From positions 68,588-132,587 of IMG/VR virus record IMGVR_UViG_3300020577_006835: DNA of 64,000 nucleotides; one strand, written 5' to 3'. The translations under genes were made by a program, and so were the position numbers. This document shows, in pieces, positions 53,673 through 63,161 of this stretch. The DNA is from a virus. Lineage: Duplodnaviria; Heunggongvirae; Uroviricota; Caudoviricetes. How positions within the stretch are numbered: the stretch's first letter is position 1; every line of letters starts with the position of its first letter. A model generated the notes under the pieces. That model did no database searches. It worked only from the letters and a program-made list of their open reading frames with translations, and was not told the DNA's origin.

Positions 53673-54396
53673 TGAGGTGAGAGTGGTCGAGTTGTACCGG
53701 CAAGGGAGAAGCCTACCGCAAGTGGCGGTGGAGATGCACTGCTCTCCGGGTACAGTGAAGAAGTGTTTGACCGGTCTCGGTGTCAAGATCCGCAGAGCCA
53801 GGCCTCTCAGTGAGCAGATCGAGATCGGTAGGCGGTTCGGCAGGCTGACCGTGACCGACTTGATGATGACGGCACGCAGAGATGGGCCAGGGCTCACACT
53901 GACAGCTCTCTGCAGCTGTCAGTGCGGTCGCAGCGGTCTTGAGAAAAGAGCTAGCAACCTGTTGAGCGGCACGACTACATCCTGCGGGTGTAGGCCAAGA
54001 ATCGGCGCTGACGGTCCGCGATGGAAAGGTTGTGGCCAGCTGAGCGGGTACGCCTGGGCTCAGATCACAGCATCTGCCAGAAGCCGTGCTGATAGGCAAA
54101 AGGCTCACTTCGAAGTTACTATCGAGGAGGCGTGGCAGTTGTTTGAAGCCCAAGGTGGTCGGTGTGCTCTGAGCGGGCTGCCGATCTGCTTTGCCGAGAC
54201 AGCTGAGAAGAAGAGGCAAGGGCAGCAGACAGCCTCTCTAGACAGGATTGATTCCAGAGCGGGTTACACAGTCGGTAATCTGCAGTGGGTTCACAAGGAC
54301 ATCAACAAGCTCAAGAGTGACTTCCAAGAGGGGAGATTCGTTGAGCTGTGCAAGCTCGTGGCCGATTACCAAGCAGAGAGGCTGTTGCATGGGTGA
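53653..54396 (+). CDS. HNH homing-endonuclease-like protein with N-terminal HTH
   Basis: GTG start; C-terminal GGRCALSGLPI...ASLDRIDSRAGYTVGNLQWVHKDINKLK; inserted between glf and the GT2 gene. Confidence 0.6.
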   Translation: MKKIQLDEVRVVELYRQGRSLPQVAVEMHCSPGTVKKCLTGLGVKIRRARPLSEQIEIGRRFGRLTVTDLMMTARRDGPGLTLTALCSCQCGRSGLEKRASNLLSGTTTSCGCRPRIGADGPRWKGCGQLSGYAWAQITASARSRADRQKAHFEVTIEEAWQLFEAQGGRCALSGLPICFAETAEKKRQGQQTASLDRIDSRAGYTVGNLQWVHKDINKLKSDFQEGRFVELCKLVADYQAERLLHG

Positions 54397-55231
54397 GAAG
54401 ATCTCGGTGATGGTGCCCTACTACAAGGAAGACGGGGCGCAGGTACGAACGCTGTTGCAGTCGCTGCCGATGAACATGCTGCACGAGGTGGCTGTGGTCG
54501 ATGACGGCGGCAACGGTTCGATCAAGGACTTCCTGCCGCCAGGGGTCAAGTACTACAGGCATGACGAGAACGTCGGACCCACCGGCAACTACAACAGGTG
54601 TATCGAGCATGCGACCGGTGACCTGGTGCACATCATGCACGCCGACGACGTCGTGCAGGTGGCTTTCTACATCGGGATCACCGGCCTGGCGCAAAAGTGG
54701 CCCGACTGCGCCTTCTACGGCACGCAGCACTTCCACATGCAGGAGGGCAACAACCAGGTCTTCGTACCGGCGTACCAGTTCTTCCTGTTCACGCCGACCG
54801 ACGATCCGACCACCCTGTACTACGGCAACGCGTTCGCAGCCTCGGCCTGTGTGATCCGGCGCTCCTTCTTCGCGAAGCACGGTTACTACAACGAGAAGCT
54901 GGTCCATGTGGCAGACTGGGAGATGTGGGTACGAGCGATCAGGTTTGGCGGCGGGGTCTACCTGCCGGCGCCACTGGTCACGTACTTGACGTCCAGCAGG
55001 AATCACACGACACACCTCGCGATGACCGGCGACAACTTCCGCGACACGCTGCAGCTGGCACCGATCTTCGAGGAGTACGGCGGAGACAAGTTCGACAAGA
55101 GGAAGTTCTACGAGACGGTGCTCGCATCGACCGAGGCTCAGGCCAAGGGTCTGGAGGCCGCCGGGTTGAAGGATGCCGCCAAGCACAACCGTAAGCTGGC
55201 GCACGAGATCAAGGGGAGACTCAATGGGTAA
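54389..55231 (+). CDS. family-2 glycosyltransferase (GT-A fold)
   Basis: ORF 54248..55231, start moved to ATG 54389 (ATGGGTGA overlap); ISVMVPYYKEDGAQVRTLLQSL...HEVAVVDDGGNGS. Confidence 0.6.
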   Translation: MGEKISVMVPYYKEDGAQVRTLLQSLPMNMLHEVAVVDDGGNGSIKDFLPPGVKYYRHDENVGPTGNYNRCIEHATGDLVHIMHADDVVQVAFYIGITGLAQKWPDCAFYGTQHFHMQEGNNQVFVPAYQFFLFTPTDDPTTLYYGNAFAASACVIRRSFFAKHGYYNEKLVHVADWEMWVRAIRFGGGVYLPAPLVTYLTSSRNHTTHLAMTGDNFRDTLQLAPIFEEYGGDKFDKRKFYETVLASTEAQAKGLEAAGLKDAAKHNRKLAHEIKGRLNG

Positions 55232-55778
55232 GGTTGAAGCGCTCAGCAAGGCGTCCCAGGTCGCCGGATTCATGTACGAGCATGAGCTGGAGTGGCTCTA
55301 CGACCAGGCCTGTGACCGCGACATCATCATCGAGATTGGTGTCTGGAAAGGGCTCAGCACGACCGTGCTCTGTGAGGCTTGTCCGGGCGTCGTGATCGCT
55401 GTCGACCACTTTTCCGGTGGCTCGGACGAGGGGGATGCGAGCCCGGCCGCGGCCAAGAACCAGAATGTCAGGGCGGTCGCCATCGAGAACCTCAAGCCAT
55501 ACCTGGATTCAGGCAAGCTGATCCTGGTGCAGACCCCGTCCGACAAGGCGTTTGAGACCCTGCGCAAGCTGTTCCCCGGTCGCTTCGCCGACATGGTCTA
55601 CATCGACGGAGACCACCGGACCGAGGCCGTGAAGCTGGACTTGAGGTACAAGGACCTGATCAAGGACGGCGGACTACTCTCAGGGCACGACTGGGATTGG
55701 AGCAGTGTGCGCGAAGCAGTGGCGCCGCTGAAGCCTGTGACCCTGGGTCGCATGTGGTGGACGCTGATCGGCGGTTGA
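55227..55778 (+). CDS. TylF/MycF-like class I SAM-dependent (sugar) O-methyltransferase
   Basis: ORF 55173..55778, start moved to ATG 55227; IIEIGVWKGLST, VDHFSGG, VYIDGDH, LSGHDWDW. Confidence 0.55.
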   Translation, partial: GKVEALSKASQVAGFMYEHELEWLYDQACDRDIIIEIGVWKGLSTTVLCEACPGVVIAVDHFSGGSDEGDASPAAAKNQNVRAVAIENLKPYLDSGKLILVQTPSDKAFETLRKLFPGRFADMVYIDGDHRTEAVKLDLRYKDLIKDGGLLSGHDWDWSSVREAVAPLKPVTLGRMWWTLIGG

Positions 55779-55801
55779 CAAGCCGCCAGGTCGTGTGCTA
55801 A
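55775..55801 (+). promoter_or_regulatory. promoter-like motif TTGACA-N14-GTGCTAA
   Basis: gTTGACAagccgccaggtcgtGTGCTAAaaagatcggATG. Confidence 0.5.
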
Positions 55802-55810
55802 AAAGATCGG

Positions 55811-57361
55811 ATGTCGTACCTCGGCTACAAGCTGCACCCTGAGAGCAGGGACAGACTGCTGCACCGCTTCCCCGCGGTGCACCCGGAGGTGGTCGCACAC
55901 CACGTGACGACCGACCTGCTGGGGAAGCGGTACACGGCCTTCAGGCCCGAGGATGCGCACGTCGAGGTCATCGGCCACGCAGCCAACAGCCTGGTCCAGG
56001 CTGCCGTGCTGCGCGTCAACGGCAAGACGCACCGTGACGACGGGGAGCCGTTTCATGTCACACTGTCCGTGAACAGGAAGCTCGGAGGGTCGCCCAAGGA
56101 CTCGAAGGAGCTGATCCGCCAGGGTTACGAGAAGGTGGACCCGTTCACGATCCAGGCCGAGCCCGAGTATTTCCAGGAGGAAGTCACGCCAGTTTTGTCC
56201 AAATACGATCACGTCATCCGTGCGGTGCAGGACTTCACAGGGTTGAAGCCGTACCTCGTCGGCGGAGCTGTGCGTGACGCGATGCTGGGCAAGCCGTCCA
56301 AGGACACGGACCTGGTGGTCGTGGGCGGCCACGACAAGCTGCACAAGCTCGGCTTCAAGCCGATCAAGAAGGACTTCCCGGTCTTCACGCACCCGAAGTT
56401 CCCCGGCGTCGAGGTTGCTCTGGCCCGCGGCGAGAAGAAGACCGGCACCGGCCACAGCGGCTTCGACTGGCACGAGGCGGCCGACCTGACCACGGACTTG
56501 AATCGCAGGGATTTCACGGTCAACGCGATGGCCTATCACCCGGACGACGGCGTGATCGACCACCACGGCGGCATGAGCGACCTGCAGAACAAGAAGCTGC
56601 GCCACGTGTCGGATGCCTTCTCTGAGGACCCGCTGCGCACGTTCAGGGCGGCCCGCTTCGCGGCCAAGCTGGGCTTCGATGTCCACCCGGACACGATCCC
56701 AGTGCTGCGAGCGACCAATCCGGAGCTGCCGGCGCTGTCCAAGGAGCGCGTGCGCGACGAGTTCAGCCGGGCCATGATGACCAAGAACCCGAGCCGGTTC
56801 TTCAAGACGCTCAAGCTGTCCGGCTCGCACGAGCACTGGTTCCCGGAGGCTGCGCACCTGAAGGACTCGACGATGCGGGCGCTCGACTCGGCTGCGGCCG
56901 GCGGGGCGTCCGAGGAGGCCAGGCACCTGGTCCTGACCCACGCCATGTCACCGGAGACGATCAAGGCCTTCGACGCACGGCTGGGTGTGGGAGCGGCCGA
57001 CACGGCACGCAAGCTGACGCACGCCAAGTACTCGCCCATGGGCACGGCCAGGCACCAGAGCCCGGACGCGGCCGCGGAGCACTGGAGGGCGGTCCGCTCG
57101 ACGCTCATGGGGCCTCATCTGCAGGCGCTGGCCCACCAGGGCGGCAACCAGGTGGAGCACCTGAAGGGGCTCTTCAAGAGGCTGGGAGAGGTCAGGATCG
57201 AGCCCCAGAAGGGCAAGAGGGCCGACGTGGCGGCCATTCGCAGCACGTACGCAGCTGCGGCCGCGCAGTACCTCAAGGAGAGCGTGAACAAGGTCGACGA
57301 GCTGATCGCAGAGGCATTGAAAGGAATGAATGGGTATGGGGATCGGACCGAGCTGGGGTAG
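55811..57361 (+). CDS. fusion of N-terminal 2H-phosphoesterase-like domain (two HxT motifs) and class II tRNA nucleotidyltransferase (CCA-adding enzyme / PcnB family)
   Basis: N-terminal HHVTTD and FHVTLS; then LVGGAVRDAMLGKPSKDTDLVVVG (GGxVRD...DxD head motif), RRDFTVNAMAY, DPLRTFRAARFAAKLGF. Confidence 0.7.
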   Translation: MSYLGYKLHPESRDRLLHRFPAVHPEVVAHHVTTDLLGKRYTAFRPEDAHVEVIGHAANSLVQAAVLRVNGKTHRDDGEPFHVTLSVNRKLGGSPKDSKELIRQGYEKVDPFTIQAEPEYFQEEVTPVLSKYDHVIRAVQDFTGLKPYLVGGAVRDAMLGKPSKDTDLVVVGGHDKLHKLGFKPIKKDFPVFTHPKFPGVEVALARGEKKTGTGHSGFDWHEAADLTTDLNRRDFTVNAMAYHPDDGVIDHHGGMSDLQNKKLRHVSDAFSEDPLRTFRAARFAAKLGFDVHPDTIPVLRATNPELPALSKERVRDEFSRAMMTKNPSRFFKTLKLSGSHEHWFPEAAHLKDSTMRALDSAAAGGASEEARHLVLTHAMSPETIKAFDARLGVGAADTARKLTHAKYSPMGTARHQSPDAAAEHWRAVRSTLMGPHLQALAHQGGNQVEHLKGLFKRLGEVRIEPQKGKRADVAAIRSTYAAAAAQYLKESVNKVDELIAEALKGMNGYGDRTELG

Positions 57362-57668
57362 GAGTGCAAGGGTCAGCGCAGCCGCGACTCCGACATCGAA
57401 GACGGCGCCCAACCCGAATCCGCACAGGTTTCAGATCCGCTGGATCAAGGAGTACTCGAACTGCACTGCGGCGCTGGTGCACTACCCGGACTGCGACAAC
57501 TTCGAGGGCGAGAAGCTGCTGGTCTTCTCTGGGATGTGCGCCGCGAAGATCAGGGCCATGAGAGTGCTCGACCCACACTTCAGGGAGGACATGAACTTGA
57601 TCGCGCGTCTCCGACCTGACGAGCTAGGCATGAGGGTGTTGAAGAAGATCGCGATCGAGAAGAAGTGA
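57330..57668 (+). CDS. hypothetical protein (start uncertain)
   Basis: ORF track; overlaps the end of the previous gene. Confidence 0.35.
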   Translation: MGMGIGPSWGRSARVSAAATPTSKTAPNPNPHRFQIRWIKEYSNCTAALVHYPDCDNFEGEKLLVFSGMCAAKIRAMRVLDPHFREDMNLIARLRPDELGMRVLKKIAIEKK

Positions 57669-57671
57669 GAC

Positions 57672-58292
57672 GTGAGAAAACTGATCCTGGTTCGCCACGG
57701 TGAGTCCGCTGCCAACGTCAGCGAGATCATCAGCGGTGACCCGCAGACACCGTTGACCGACCTGGGCGTGCACCAGGCGACCAACACCGGCAAGCAGATC
57801 GCGATGAAGTACGACCCGCGAGAGCTGCAGATCGTGGCCAGCCCGTACAAGAGGGCGCACGACACAGCTCTGCACATCGCACGCGAGATCGGTCACGACC
57901 CGTCGTCGATTGTGCTTGACCCGGAGCTGCGCGAGCGCCACTTCGGTGAGTTCGAGGGTAGGCACGTCGACTTCCAGAAGGTGCCCGGGTATGTCGTCCA
58001 GGTACGCAAGGGCTACAACCGCGCCAACGAGCACTTCAGGCCTGATGGTGGTGAGTCGCTGGTCGACGTGAGCAACCGCGCCGTGCCGGCGATTCAGCGT
58101 CACCTGGCCGCGTTCCCCGGCAAGCACTTGTTGGTCGTGGCGCACGGGCACGTCATCAAGGCCTTCCACGGCTGGCACCAGGGGCACTGGGACAAGATCC
58201 CTCGCGTGCAGAACGCCGAGGCCCGTGAGTTCGATCTGAAGGAGTCTCACGTCGGTGTAGAGGCTCTGATCGCCGAGCTGCTCTCGCAGTAG
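57672..58292 (+). CDS. histidine phosphatase superfamily (phosphoglycerate-mutase-like) protein
   Basis: GTG start; LILVRHGESAAN (RHG motif)...VVAHGHVIKA. Confidence 0.7.
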   Translation: MRKLILVRHGESAANVSEIISGDPQTPLTDLGVHQATNTGKQIAMKYDPRELQIVASPYKRAHDTALHIAREIGHDPSSIVLDPELRERHFGEFEGRHVDFQKVPGYVVQVRKGYNRANEHFRPDGGESLVDVSNRAVPAIQRHLAAFPGKHLLVVAHGHVIKAFHGWHQGHWDKIPRVQNAEAREFDLKESHVGVEALIAELLSQ

Positions 58293-58317
58293 CGACCCAG
58301 GTCCACGGCGGGGTATC

Positions 58318-59589
58318 ATGCTCCTCGTGGACGACTTCGAGAGCGCTCCCGTCATGGGGTGGATCTCTCCGAAAGGGGAGGTCCACGAGCTTGGCGGTTA
58401 CAACAACCACGACCGTTGGGCCTACGCCAAGCACGGCGTCTCTGCGGACTTCCTCATGTCCAAGGGGTGGGTGCGCAAGGCGCATCGAGACTCCTACGAG
58501 GCTGGCAGCGACAGCGCTCTGCCGCGCGTGCTGAAGCACGTTCGCCGGCACCACCCGGACGTCGGTGAGTTCTACTTCGACACGCCGTCGCAGAAGACGC
58601 TCGGAGGCGTGCGTACCTGGCTCGTGCCCGTGAGCCGTCCCGGTGCGAAGCAGCTCTTGGGGGAGGGCCACAACGAGGTCCCGGCCTACGGCTGGATCTC
58701 TCCCACCGGAGAGACTCATGACCTGGGGGGTTACAACGACCACGATCGCTGGGCAGAGCGTGTGCAAGGCATGACGAGCGATCAGCTCCTGAGCAAGGGT
58801 TGGATTCGCAAGGGGTCGCCGCACGCCTATCAAGCCGGCAGCGACAGCGCGCTACCACGCGTGCTGAAGCACATTCGCCTACACCACCCTATGGCTCAGA
58901 ATTTCTACTTCGACACGCCGTCCGAGAAGCATCCGGGCGGTCTGCGCTCGTGGCATGTCCCTGTGCGCATGCCAGGCTCGAAGCGGCTGCTTGGCGACGT
59001 GCCAAAGGGTGTGTGGCTGACCAGGGATAGTTCCGTGGTGAAAGAAGTCGTCGAGGCCATCGTGCGTGGCCGCTATGCGGGTGGGCGCGGGGTCGACCCT
59101 GTTGCGCAGTGGAACGCGTACTTCAACAACCGCCCAGCGGGGTGGATCACACCCACGGGCGACTTCCACTCGCTCTCCGACCTACCTGAGGGTAGGCGCA
59201 CGCACCCGCGTTGGATCGAGGCCAACCAGGACATCGTCAAGCAGTACGGTCACCTGGTGGTCAAGGGTCCGCACGCTGCAGAGAACACACACGACGCCAT
59301 GATGCGCGGTGGCTGGGTCCAGAAAGAAAACAAGGATCGCTACCGTGTTTGGGGTCCTGAGGCATTGAAAACCGTTCAGGACCATGTGAAGAAGCACCAC
59401 CCTGAAACCAGGGAGGTGACGGTCGAGATCGTGAACCCTGCAAAGGGTGGTACGAGCTTCAAGTCCCCGGTCTACGAGAGCGAGGATGCCATGCGAGCCT
59501 CGCTCGCAAGCTGGTTGATTCACATCGCGTTGGGTGGAGGGGCAGGTGGGCATCGTTCGCTCGATCGGTACGGACTTCAAGAACCCTGA
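58318..59589 (+). CDS. protein built of three tandem repeats of about 100 aa each
   Basis: Repeat 1 and repeat 2 share GWISP.GE.H.LGGYN.HDRWA...SKGW.RK....Y.AGSDSALPRVLKH.R.HHP....FYFDTPS.K..GG.R.W.VPV; the third copy is diverged. Confidence 0.55.
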   Translation: MLLVDDFESAPVMGWISPKGEVHELGGYNNHDRWAYAKHGVSADFLMSKGWVRKAHRDSYEAGSDSALPRVLKHVRRHHPDVGEFYFDTPSQKTLGGVRTWLVPVSRPGAKQLLGEGHNEVPAYGWISPTGETHDLGGYNDHDRWAERVQGMTSDQLLSKGWIRKGSPHAYQAGSDSALPRVLKHIRLHHPMAQNFYFDTPSEKHPGGLRSWHVPVRMPGSKRLLGDVPKGVWLTRDSSVVKEVVEAIVRGRYAGGRGVDPVAQWNAYFNNRPAGWITPTGDFHSLSDLPEGRRTHPRWIEANQDIVKQYGHLVVKGPHAAENTHDAMMRGGWVQKENKDRYRVWGPEALKTVQDHVKKHHPETREVTVEIVNPAKGGTSFKSPVYESEDAMRASLASWLIHIALGGGAGGHRSLDRYGLQEP

Positions 59590-59866
59590 CGGGACCTACA
59601 CATGCGCCCCTTGCGATGGAGGCGGGCGCGCACCATGTCGTTGCGATTGTGGCTGCCCTTGTATCCCGGACCAGGACGGGATCTGCAGCTGTTGCAGGGA
59701 GGCGTTGGAGATAGAGGCCTTCGCGTTCGACGCGGAGGATGAAGCGGTTGTGGTTCAGGCTCGCCGGCTACTCGGTCTCCCGCCGTGGATTCGCGAGGTG
59801 CCGGCCACGGGGGGTGGCGATGCAGCAGCTGTCGTTCGAGTGGAATCTGACGGAGCCGAAGATTGA
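59534..59866 (+). CDS. small Cys-rich protein (CAPCDGGGRAPCRCDCGCPCIPDQDGICSCC)
   Basis: ORF track (GTG start); overlaps the end of the repeat protein. Confidence 0.3.
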   Translation: MEGQVGIVRSIGTDFKNPDGTYTCAPCDGGGRAPCRCDCGCPCIPDQDGICSCCREALEIEAFAFDAEDEAVVVQARRLLGLPPWIREVPATGGGDAAAVVRVESDGAED

Positions 59867-60200
59867 CCCAGGACTGCAAAGCTTTGTGCTGCGCGCCCAG
59901 CTCCTCGGCGGGTACATCGTCAGTTCCAAGGACTGCTCTGATGAGGAGCTGGAGCAGGCCAAGGCCGAAGGGCGCTTCTACAGCAGCTACGGCAACCGCG
60001 AGTACGTCTTCAGAGAGTAGAACTGTGCACAAGCATGACATCGACTTCATGAGGCTGGCCGGCCCGTACGAGTGTGACAACTGCGGACTGGAGCAGCCTG
60101 TGGTGAGCAGGTGCGTGACCTGCGTCGCGTTCATCTGCGAGAAGTGCTTGACGCAACCAGCTGCCCTCGAACGGCACTCGATGTGCCTGGGAGCCTAGTA

Positions 60201-61067
60201 GTGGACGAGTTCCGAGCATCAAGAATCATTGACGCCATCCTGTCCGGCGAGCCGCTCAGCAGAGCGCTGGTAGAGGCGTCTCCGCAGCCTGCGTTCCACA
60301 ACGCGTACGAGTGGCATGACAGCCACACCAAGCACTACAAGCGGCTGAACGAAGAGGACGAGGTGCATGCGACCAACGCGCAGGCGGCCGCTGGCAGGAT
60401 CTCGACCTACCAGCAGTTCGCTCGCGACTACGGGCGCATCGACCCTGGCACACGTACCAACCTGAAGATCTACAAGTACGGGCCGGAGCACTCGCGTGCG
60501 ATCGACGCTCTGATCCAGCGCCACGGCTACCAGGTGTACTACGCTGGTGGGAAGTACGGGAAGCCGGACCTGGCCAACAAAAACTACGACACTGGGCATT
60601 TGATGGTGTACGACCCGTCTGAGGGGTCTGGAGGGGATTTCGGCGAGCAGGCGTATACAGAGCACTGGAGAAAAACGCACGAACTTGCGCACGCGCTTAC
60701 CCACCAGACGTTGAACGCCAAGTACGGTGAAGCTCGCAGGATGGGGAAGCTGGGGCACCACCGTACTCCACATGAGGCTCTCCGAGCTGTTGAGTGGGAA
60801 CACATGGCCGCCAACAAGCAACGGGAGTTGAGCGCTGCTATTGGTGTCCACTTGTCAGACAGTGACTTTGGGAGGGAGTACAACACTGTGCTTCACGATG
60901 CCGTGCACCGTGCTGTGACTGGGCTTTTTACCAACCCCAGTGTTGAAGGTTTCCACCCACATGATGTAGCTGTGCCTCTCTCCCATTCGCTGGCACTTGT
61001 CCAAGCGCATGCAGATAAGATGAAGCTGGGGCCGCATGACACCTTGAAGAGGAAAGCAGGTCAGTGA
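60201..61067 (+). CDS. hypothetical protein with HExxH motif ([10 protein letters not shown])
   Basis: Part of ORF 60111..61067, from GTG 60201. Confidence 0.45.
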   Translation: MDEFRASRIIDAILSGEPLSRALVEASPQPAFHNAYEWHDSHTKHYKRLNEEDEVHATNAQAAAGRISTYQQFARDYGRIDPGTRTNLKIYKYGPEHSRAIDALIQRHGYQVYYAGGKYGKPDLANKNYDTGHLMVYDPSEGSGGDFGEQAYTEHWRKTHELAHALTHQTLNAKYGEARRMGKLGHHRTPHEALRAVEWEHMAANKQRELSAAIGVHLSDSDFGREYNTVLHDAVHRAVTGLFTNPSVEGFHPHDVAVPLSHSLALVQAHADKMKLGPHDTLKRKAGQ

Positions 61068-61780
61068 GGAAGACGCAGGCACAGCAGTGCGCTGAGACTG
61101 GCTGTGATGTTGTGCTGCCGAAAGCTCGGAGTGTTGAAGCCAGGTGCGCACGGCACGCGCTAATGCTTTGGAAGCGCAGCAACGCCGAGCAGGTCAAGAA
61201 GTACGAAACTGAGTACCGCAAAGCGCACAAAGAGCAGATCAACGCTACCAGGAGATTGAGGCTAGCTGAGCCAGAGGTGCGGGCCATTACCAGGGCTCGC
61301 GATCGTGCCCGCCTTGAGCAGAAGAGGTTGTATGTAGCTGCGAATCGCGAGCGGTACCAGGAGTTGCACCGCAGTTACTATCCGCGCTATCGAGAGCGGT
61401 ACCAGAGGCGGTACCAGGAAAACCGTGAGAAGCTGCTAGCTCAGAATAAGTCCTGGCAAGCAAAAAACAAGGATAGAGTGAAAGCCAAGCGTGAGGAGTG
61501 GAAGGCGGCAAACCCTGGAAAGGTCAGAGCTGAGTGGGCGAGGCGTCGCGCTGCGAAGATGCAGGCGATGCCGCGGTGTTTGACCGCGGAGCAACTGCTT
61601 CAGCTCGAACGAATCTACGAGAGTTGCCCGCCTGGGTACCACGTCGACCACATCGTACCGCTTCGCGGCAAAGACGTCTCCGGGTTACACGTACCGTGGA
61701 ACCTGCAGTACTTGCCGGCAGCAGAGAATCTTCGCAAGAGCAACAAGTACAGTAGTTCGCGCAGCATTGTCGCTGTGTGA
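61064..61780 (+). CDS. HNH endonuclease
   Basis: GTG start; C-terminal [38 protein letters not shown]. Confidence 0.7.
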   Translation: MRKTQAQQCAETGCDVVLPKARSVEARCARHALMLWKRSNAEQVKKYETEYRKAHKEQINATRRLRLAEPEVRAITRARDRARLEQKRLYVAANRERYQELHRSYYPRYRERYQRRYQENREKLLAQNKSWQAKNKDRVKAKREEWKAANPGKVRAEWARRRAAKMQAMPRCLTAEQLLQLERIYESCPPGYHVDHIVPLRGKDVSGLHVPWNLQYLPAAENLRKSNKYSSSRSIVAV

Positions 61781-61815
61781 GGAGGCGCCAGTAGTGGGCT
61801 AGCGAGGAGGAACCT

Positions 61816-62070
61816 ATGGGTCGACTGGGAATGTGTCTGCTCATGTTTTGTTTGACGGCAACCAGTGTGGCCGGGGCGATAACCTTCAAGATGAACCACG
61901 AAGGCAACTCTGTTGCATGTAGGGAAGAGAGGAAGTTCTTGATGGACTGGGATGCGGAGCTGCACACAGCGGCACAGCTGGCTGCGTACGAGCCCTTCGC
62001 GGGCCTGACACAGCCGACGACGACACCAACACCGGCGATGACGGCCGGCGGCCGCGACTACCAGGGCTGA
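61816..62070 (+). CDS. small secreted protein (signal peptide)
   Basis: ORF track; RBS AGGAGGAACC. Confidence 0.45.
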   Translation: MGRLGMCLLMFCLTATSVAGAITFKMNHEGNSVACREERKFLMDWDAELHTAAQLAAYEPFAGLTQPTTTPTPAMTAGGRDYQG

Positions 62071-62288
62071 TGGGTAAGCGGTCGTTCAAGGCCTGGCTCA
62101 CCGGCCAGCGCCTGCGCAAGGACAGTGTCGGCACGATCGCGCGCTTCGTGTGCGACGACAGCAGGATCTTGATGGGTGCACCGAACGCACACACGGTGCA
62201 CGTGCGACTCGATCAGTACGGGCTGCTCACCGCGACGAGAGCCAAGGCTCTCCAGAAGGCGGAGGCCGAGTGGCGAGAGACCTGGTAA
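62070..62288 (+). CDS. small hypothetical protein
   Basis: ORF track. Confidence 0.4.
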   Translation: MGKRSFKAWLTGQRLRKDSVGTIARFVCDDSRILMGAPNAHTVHVRLDQYGLLTATRAKALQKAEAEWRETW

Positions 62289-62548
62289 TCGAGCACGGCG
62301 TCGTCGCCTATCAGTGGGACGACGAGAGTCCGACGCCGTGCACGGTGCTCCACTTCGTCGGCTACCCAATCTTCCCGGACGATGCGGAGATGGATCGCCT
62401 GCTGCAGGACCTGGCCACCGACCCGTGCTTCGGTCTGATCGGCATCCCGTTTGCCCTCAAGAGGGCGACCCCTGAGCAGGTCAGGTTCTACATGGAGGAC
62501 ATCCCGGAAGATGTTCTTGTCATCGAAGACGAGGACGATTTCTGTTGA
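62279..62548 (+). CDS. small acidic hypothetical protein
   Basis: Part of ORF 62150..62548, from GTG 62279. Confidence 0.35.
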   Translation, partial: DLVIEHGVVAYQWDDESPTPCTVLHFVGYPIFPDDAEMDRLLQDLATDPCFGLIGIPFALKRATPEQVRFYMEDIPEDVLVIEDEDDFC

Positions 62549-62571
62549 CAGCTACTTGGAGGGGGTGCTAG
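62545..62571 (+). promoter_or_regulatory. promoter-like motif TTGACA-N14-GTGCTAG (copy A of duplicated element)
   Basis: gTTGACAgctACTTGGAGgGGGTGCTAGAGGCGCC. Confidence 0.45.
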
Positions 62572-62598
62572 AGGCGCCTCAAATTTGTGGGGGTGGTG

Positions 62599-63158
62599 TG
62601 GAGCATTACTATCAGAGTGTTCAAGGTTGGTTCGTCGAGGGCGATATAGCTTTCTACAAGACCCTGCTTTCAATGATTCCGGACGGCGGGGTTTTTGTTG
62701 AGGTTGGCTCGTGGAGAGGGAGATCCTTCTCATACATGCTCGTCGAGGCCTTGAACACCAACAGGCAGATCAAGATGGTCTCCGTCGACCACTTCGGCGG
62801 GTCACCAGAGGAGCACATCTTTTTCGGTGCCGACAGCGGTGAGGTAAGGAACTGTTTCCTTAGCAACGCTTCCAGGTCGGGCTACCCGTACGAATTGATC
62901 GAGGCCCCCTCACTGGTAGCCGCCGAGCGGTTCCAGGATGAGTCTGTCGATGCGGTTTTCATCGACGCTGCCCACAACGAGCAGGATGCAACTGCGGACT
63001 TCGCCGCTTGGTTGCCGAAGGTCAAAGTAGGGGGAGTACTCTCCGGGCACGACTCCCATTTCCCTGGCGTTCAAGCGGCGTGGGCGAACAACGGGCTGCA
63101 GCCCATCATCGTTGGTGACACGGAGGCAGGCGGGTCCTGCTGGTATCTCATCAAGTAA
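62599..63158 (+). CDS. TylF/MycF-like SAM-dependent O-methyltransferase (paralog of 55227..55778)
   Basis: VEVGSWRGRSFSY, VSVDHFGGSPEE, VFIDAAH, LSGHDSHF; start set at GTG 62599 within ORF 62451..63158. Confidence 0.5.
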
Positions 63159-63161
63159 GTG

